32,000 bases of DNA, from the NCBI RefSeq assembly GCF_000008665.1, contig NC_000917.1, positions 1,740,001 through 1,772,000 of the forward strand, read 5' to 3'. Made by a program: the position numbers and the translations under genes. Under the pieces are notes generated by a model. That model ran no database searches. It worked only from the letters and a program-made list of their open reading frames with translations, and had not been told where the DNA came from. This DNA is from Archaeoglobus fulgidus DSM 4304. GTDB taxonomy: Archaea; Halobacteriota; Archaeoglobi; Archaeoglobales; Archaeoglobaceae. This document shows, in pieces, positions 27,726 to 32,000 of this stretch (position 1 is the first letter of the stretch; each line of letters opens with the position of its first letter).

Positions 27726-28136
27726 ATGAAGAGCAAGGGCACGAGATTTGAAAGAGATTTGCTTGTAGAACTCTGGAAAGCTGGATTCGCAGCAATAAGA
27801 GTTGCGGGCAGCGGAGTTTCCCCCTTTCCCTGCCCGGACATAGTTGCGGGAAATGGAAGGACTTATTTGGCTATAGAGGTAAAGATGCGGAAAGAATTGC
27901 CCCTCTACCTCTCTGCAGATGAGGTTGAGCAGCTGGTAACGTTCGCAAGGGGGTTTGGGGCTGAAGCATACGTTGCCCTAAAACTCCCCAGAAAGAAGTG
28001 GAGATTCTTTCCGGTTCAGATGCTTGAGAGAACGGAGAAAAACTTCAAGATTGATGAAAGCGTTTATCCGCTCGGTCTCGAAATAGCGGAGGTTGCGGGC
28101 AAGTTCTTTCAGGAGAGGTTTGGAGAGAAAGTTTAA
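27726..28136 (+). CDS. hjc: Archaeal Holliday junction resolvase Hjc
   Basis: KGTRFERDLLVELWKAGFAAIRVAGSG...PCPDIVAGNGRTYLAIEVKMRKELPLYLSADEVEQLVTFARGFGA. Confidence 0.93.
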   Translation: MKSKGTRFERDLLVELWKAGFAAIRVAGSGVSPFPCPDIVAGNGRTYLAIEVKMRKELPLYLSADEVEQLVTFARGFGAEAYVALKLPRKKWRFFPVQMLERTEKNFKIDESVYPLGLEIAEVAGKFFQERFGEKV

Positions 28137-28161
28137 CTTCTGAGAGTGAAAAGGTGTAAGG

Positions 28162-28737
28162 ATGAAAAGAGAGTACATCTACTGCGACACCTGCGGTGAG
28201 GAGACGCTTCACGAGCTCATAAGAGAGGAGAAGAACCTCTACAGATGCACGGAGTGCGGAACCTTCACCACCCACCTTCCAAGAAGGGAGGTGGGGGTTA
28301 GGGCGATAATCAGCAGTGGGCCGGAATCCGTAAAAGGGTCGATAAGAGCCTACGAGGGAGAGAAGCTCGAAAAGGGGGACGAGTACATTGTTGAAACTGA
28401 AAGAGGTCACAAAATAGGCGAAATCACTTCGCTTGAGCTGAAAAACGGCAAGAGGGCGGAGAGTGCAGCGGTTGGTGAGATAGAGACAGTGTGGCTGAGA
28501 GATGTCGGCGAGGTAGAGGTTAGAATGAGCCTCCACAAGAGGAGCGTTACCACCCCCTACAAGATGGTTGTTGACGGAGAGACCGAATTTGAGGTTGGAG
28601 AGGTTCTGCATGTTGATGGTAAGAGGTTCAGAATCCACAGAATCAAGCTCATTTCCGGCGGTGTTTTGAGGGGGGAGGGTAAAAGGGCAAGGGCAAGAGA
28701 AATAAGAAGGATATACGCGAAGTATGAGGGTAGATAA
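28162..28737 (+). CDS. Conserved archaeal zinc-finger protein (191 aa)
   Basis: YIYCDTCGEETLHELIREEKNLYRCTECGTFTTH N-terminal zinc ribbon followed by a conserved-looking beta-rich region. Confidence 0.75.
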   Translation: MKREYIYCDTCGEETLHELIREEKNLYRCTECGTFTTHLPRREVGVRAIISSGPESVKGSIRAYEGEKLEKGDEYIVETERGHKIGEITSLELKNGKRAESAAVGEIETVWLRDVGEVEVRMSLHKRSVTTPYKMVVDGETEFEVGEVLHVDGKRFRIHRIKLISGGVLRGEGKRARAREIRRIYAKYEGR

Positions 28738-29728
28738 GCCAGTGCGCTTGAGGGATTTCGTAAAGGCTGAGGAATGCTTTTTCTCCGTTGTCGGATACAG
28801 AAATGAGAAGAGGATAAAGAGTTTTCTCAGATACGTTCCGGACAGCAATGGAGACAGAGAGCTGAACGGAAGGAGATACAGAAAGCTCTCTCACGATGAG
28901 GCGGTAAACTCTCCTCTCGCGGAGAAGTATCTGGACTCAGGAGTGTTCAGACTCCCTTACGGAGTTGTCGAGAGCATCTACAAGCCCGAGGAGAGGTTGG
29001 GCTTTGCAATGAGGTCTGCAGAGGTGCGAAAAATCGTTGAATTTTTCTCTGAAATCCCCAAGGAGAAAATGGGCGTAACGGGCTCGAGACTCATCGGGCT
29101 TGAGGGCGGTGATTCGGACGTTGACTTCATAGTCTACGGCAGGTGGTGGTTCGAGGCAAGGGAGAGGCTGAAAGGTGGGATTGAGCGGAAAGAGCTTTCC
29201 GAGCCGGATGATGCGACGTGGGATTTCATCTACCGCAAGAGAAAAATCGCCCTCCCCTACGACGTTTTCGTGACTCACGAAAGAAGAAAGTACCACAGAG
29301 CTTTTCTCGGTAGCACCTACTTCGACCTGCTGTACGTCAGAGACTACGATGAGCTTTCGAGGAACGTGCCGGAGGACATGGGCGTAAAGAAGGGGAAGGT
29401 TGAGATAAGCGCCGTTGTAAAGGATGACTCGCTCGTTTTCGACTACCCGGGCTACTATCCGATCGAGCATCCCGAAATAGAGGCTGTTTTGAGCTTCACA
29501 CACACCTTCGTCGGGCAGGCCTTCAGAGGGGAGAGAATTTTGGCGAGAGGGGATTTGGAGGAGATCGACGGAAAGTTCTACCTCGTTGTGGGGACGAAGA
29601 GGGAAACTCAGGATGAGTATATAGTTTCGCTCGACCTGATTGAAAAAAGTGGGCTTAAGGCAGATTTTGAGAGATGGTATCAAGGGCTAGAAGCGCTGCC
29701 CCTTTCGCCACAGCGTAATCGTCCTTAA
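28724..29728 (+). CDS. Predicted nucleotidyltransferase-like protein (334 aa)
   Basis: MGVTGSRLIGLEGGDSDVDFIVYG matches the GS-x(n)-D-x-D nucleotidyltransferase motif. Overlaps the upstream gene by 14 nt. Confidence 0.75.
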   Translation: MRVDKPVRLRDFVKAEECFFSVVGYRNEKRIKSFLRYVPDSNGDRELNGRRYRKLSHDEAVNSPLAEKYLDSGVFRLPYGVVESIYKPEERLGFAMRSAEVRKIVEFFSEIPKEKMGVTGSRLIGLEGGDSDVDFIVYGRWWFEARERLKGGIERKELSEPDDATWDFIYRKRKIALPYDVFVTHERRKYHRAFLGSTYFDLLYVRDYDELSRNVPEDMGVKKGKVEISAVVKDDSLVFDYPGYYPIEHPEIEAVLSFTHTFVGQAFRGERILARGDLEEIDGKFYLVVGTKRETQDEYIVSLDLIEKSGLKADFERWYQGLEALPLSPQRNRP

Positions 29729-30419
29729 CAACCCTAACCACCACATCTATTTCCTCCGGAAGGTAGCGGTTAACCTTCTCCGCGAGCGGCCTCTCATCCA
29801 GCCTCCCCCCTATTCTCCCCCCGAGAGCTATTGCCTCGGGATTCAGCAGCATCACAGCGTTGGCCAGAGAGCGGCAGAAGAGGGCGAACTCTGCCGTGCT
29901 ATAAATTTCCCCTGTATCAATCAACTCCTTCACATTCTCCATAGCCCACCCCCCAAAGTAGGCTTCAAGGTGCCCTTCACCACCGCACCTGCACCTCTTC
30001 CTCCCTCCAACAAAGGTGTGCCCAATCTCGCCGGCCGCACCCCTACCCCTGTAAATCTTCCCGTCGGCAACAATCCCCCCTCCAATACCCGTTCCAACCG
30101 TCACCGCAAGCAAATGCCTGAAGTTCAGAGTTTTGGCGGCAAAGTAAGCGAAACAGTTCGCGTCATTGTCCACAATGAACGGAACATCGAGCTCCATTTT
30201 CGGAATTGCTGGAAGATTAGGTGCCTTAACGGGCTTACCGTCAACAAACCAAACAGCCACACCGATTCCAACGGCCTCAGCATCACCAAAATTTTTCTCG
30301 ATGAAGTCGGATAAGTTCTGAATAACTTCCGAGGTTCTGAAGCTCTTTATTTGGAAGACGTTTCCTTCCAGAACGGCAACATCGGTGTTTGTCCCCCCAA
30401 CGTCGATTCCGACAATCAT
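29655..30419 (-). CDS. ROK-family sugar kinase/regulator-like protein (254 aa)
   Basis: [72 protein letters not shown]. Confidence 0.88.
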
Positions 30420-30461
30420 GATAGAGCAACAACGTTATTAAATTTAAAACGCACTGTAACT

Positions 30462-31070
30462 ATGGTCAAACTTCTGACGAGGGAAGAGGGCGAAAAAGCC
30501 GTCAGGCTTGCAAGGGAGGCTATAGAGCACTACCTTGAGGAAAGGAAAATACTCCAAAAAAGACTTGACGGCGTTTTCTCCCAAAAAAGAGGGGTTTTCA
30601 CAACTCTGACAAAGCACGGAAATTTGAGGGGTTGCATTGGCTTTCCCTATCCGGTTAAAAGGCTTGACGAGGCGATAATAGAGTCCGCAATCGCCGCTGC
30701 GGTTGACGATCCACGTTTCGAGCCTGTGAGGCTGAGCGAGATGAACGAAATCATTGTTGAGGTGACCATCTTAACTCCGCCTGAGAGAATTGATGCCAAG
30801 CCCAAAGACCTACCCAACCACGTCGAAATTGGGAGACATGGTCTTATAGTAAAAATGGGCCCCTTCTCAGGTCTCCTCCTGCCTCAGGTTGCCGTGGAGT
30901 ACAACATGGACGCCGAGGAGTTCCTCAGCGAGACTTGCATGAAAGCAGGCCTACCACCGGACTGCTGGCTCACCGGAGCGGAGGTTTACAGGTTCGAGGG
31001 GCAGATATTCAAGGAAAAAGAGCCAAGAGGGGAGGTTGTGGAGGTGGATATAAAAAGCTGTGGGATTTAG
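30462..31070 (+). CDS. AMMECR1-domain protein (202 aa)
   Basis: [46 protein letters not shown] (LRGCIG motif). ATG at 30462 preferred over the track start at 30351. Confidence 0.93.
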
Positions 31071-32000
31071 CTCGCTACGCTTTCCCACCTTTTCTGTATG
31101 TCCCTGAACTTCTCCCTCGAAAGCTTGTAGTACTCCTCAGCCTTCGAGTACTCCTTCATTTCTCTGTAGAGGTCTCCAAGATGCCTGTACGCTGCGGCTA
31201 CGAACTGCATGAAGTCCGCATCAATCCTTTCGAGATTCTGGAAAATCTCCAGCGCCTCCTTGAACATTTTCTCAGCCTCCTGATACCTTCCGAGCTTCTT
31301 TCGGAACATCGCGTAGTTGCTCAGCAGAATGGCCAGGTTAAGCTTGAAGGACTCTGCCTCCTCCACGAGTTCCCTGTACAGCTTCTCCGCCTCTCTGTAG
31401 CACTCCTCAGCCTCGTCAAAGTCTCCGAGTTTTACGTAAATCTCCGATGCGGTCGCAAGGCTTTCCGCAAGCTCTTCTTTGGTGCCAATCTTTCTCCTTA
31501 TCTCTAAAGCCTCTTCGGCCTTAACCTTGGCCTCGTTGTACTTTCCCATGTCGTAGTAAAGCGTTGCGAGGTCGTTTTCAATGGCTGCAAGCATCTCTTC
31601 ATCTCTGTTTTCCTCGCATATTTTTTCCGCCTCCGTGTACATCCTCTCCGCGTTTTCTTTCATGTCCATCAGAATCAATGCTCTCGCAGCGTTTCTCATC
31701 AAAACCGGCGTTATGGATTTCATTCCAAGCTCAATGGTGAGCTTTATCGCATTAACAGATGAAACAACGCAGGAAACGAGAGATTGCTTGTCCTGCCTCT
31801 CGACCGCGTCCTGAGAAGCGTAAACGAAGTGAAGTATCAGCATGAGTTTTTTCCAGATTCCATCAAGCTTTTTAATCTCCTCAGCATCTCTGAAGGACTT
31901 CTCTATCCTCTCCCTTAGCTCTTCAGGTGCGGATTGCTTTACAAGCTCAAAAGCATCAAGAATTTTTCCTTCCCGAATCAGCCTTTCAACCTCTTTTACA
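31067..32000 (-). CDS. Tetratricopeptide-repeat protein, N-terminus beyond the window
   Basis: Complement is open to the window end ([28 protein letters not shown]...[12 protein letters not shown]...). TPR-like units [53 protein letters not shown]. Confidence 0.85.

Noticed and set aside
1-32000. CRISPR array, IS element or prophage
   Set aside because: No regularly spaced identical 24-40 bp repeats, transposase or integrase motifs were seen. The only strong DNA-level repetition is inside coding repeats (8290-9075, 9869-12319).

Overview
The window looks like a chromosomal segment of a euryarchaeon, very probably Archaeoglobus (inferred from gene content, compact TATA-to-ATG spacing and protein style; no database was searched). 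Most of it is housekeeping or metabolic: purL/purS, hisI, a PIN-ATPase-KH protein, a presenilin-like protease, a GatA-type amidase, pheS, alba, a 2-hydroxyacyl-CoA dehydratase plus its activator, an SF1 helicase, a radical SAM protein, an intron-containing tRNA-Tyr, a leuC-like dehydratase, hjc, a ROK kinase, an AMMECR1 protein and a TPR protein. The most unusual region is about 1.76-12.81 kb. It encodes a run of exported, disulfide-rich proteins arranged as three 'large secreted protein + small exported partner' gene pairs. Two of the large proteins are paralogues sharing an N-terminal scaffold (signal peptide, N-domain, Cys-rich unit, CARDB-like repeats, CxDGxxNxxExGxDCGG hinge) but ending in different protease modules: an HEYGH metalloprotease, and a papain-like protease with FG-GAP/VCBS-like RGD-containing repeats. 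The third large protein is built from ten copies of the same Cys-rich unit. Two of the small partners end in a PGF-CTERM-like sorting signal. The metalloprotease gene carries an amber codon at codon 3 and two single-base frameshifts. Other points of interest are a metallophosphoesterase-like protein that appears to lack its metal ligands, a decayed PIN-domain gene, and several very compact divergent or leaderless promoter arrangements.
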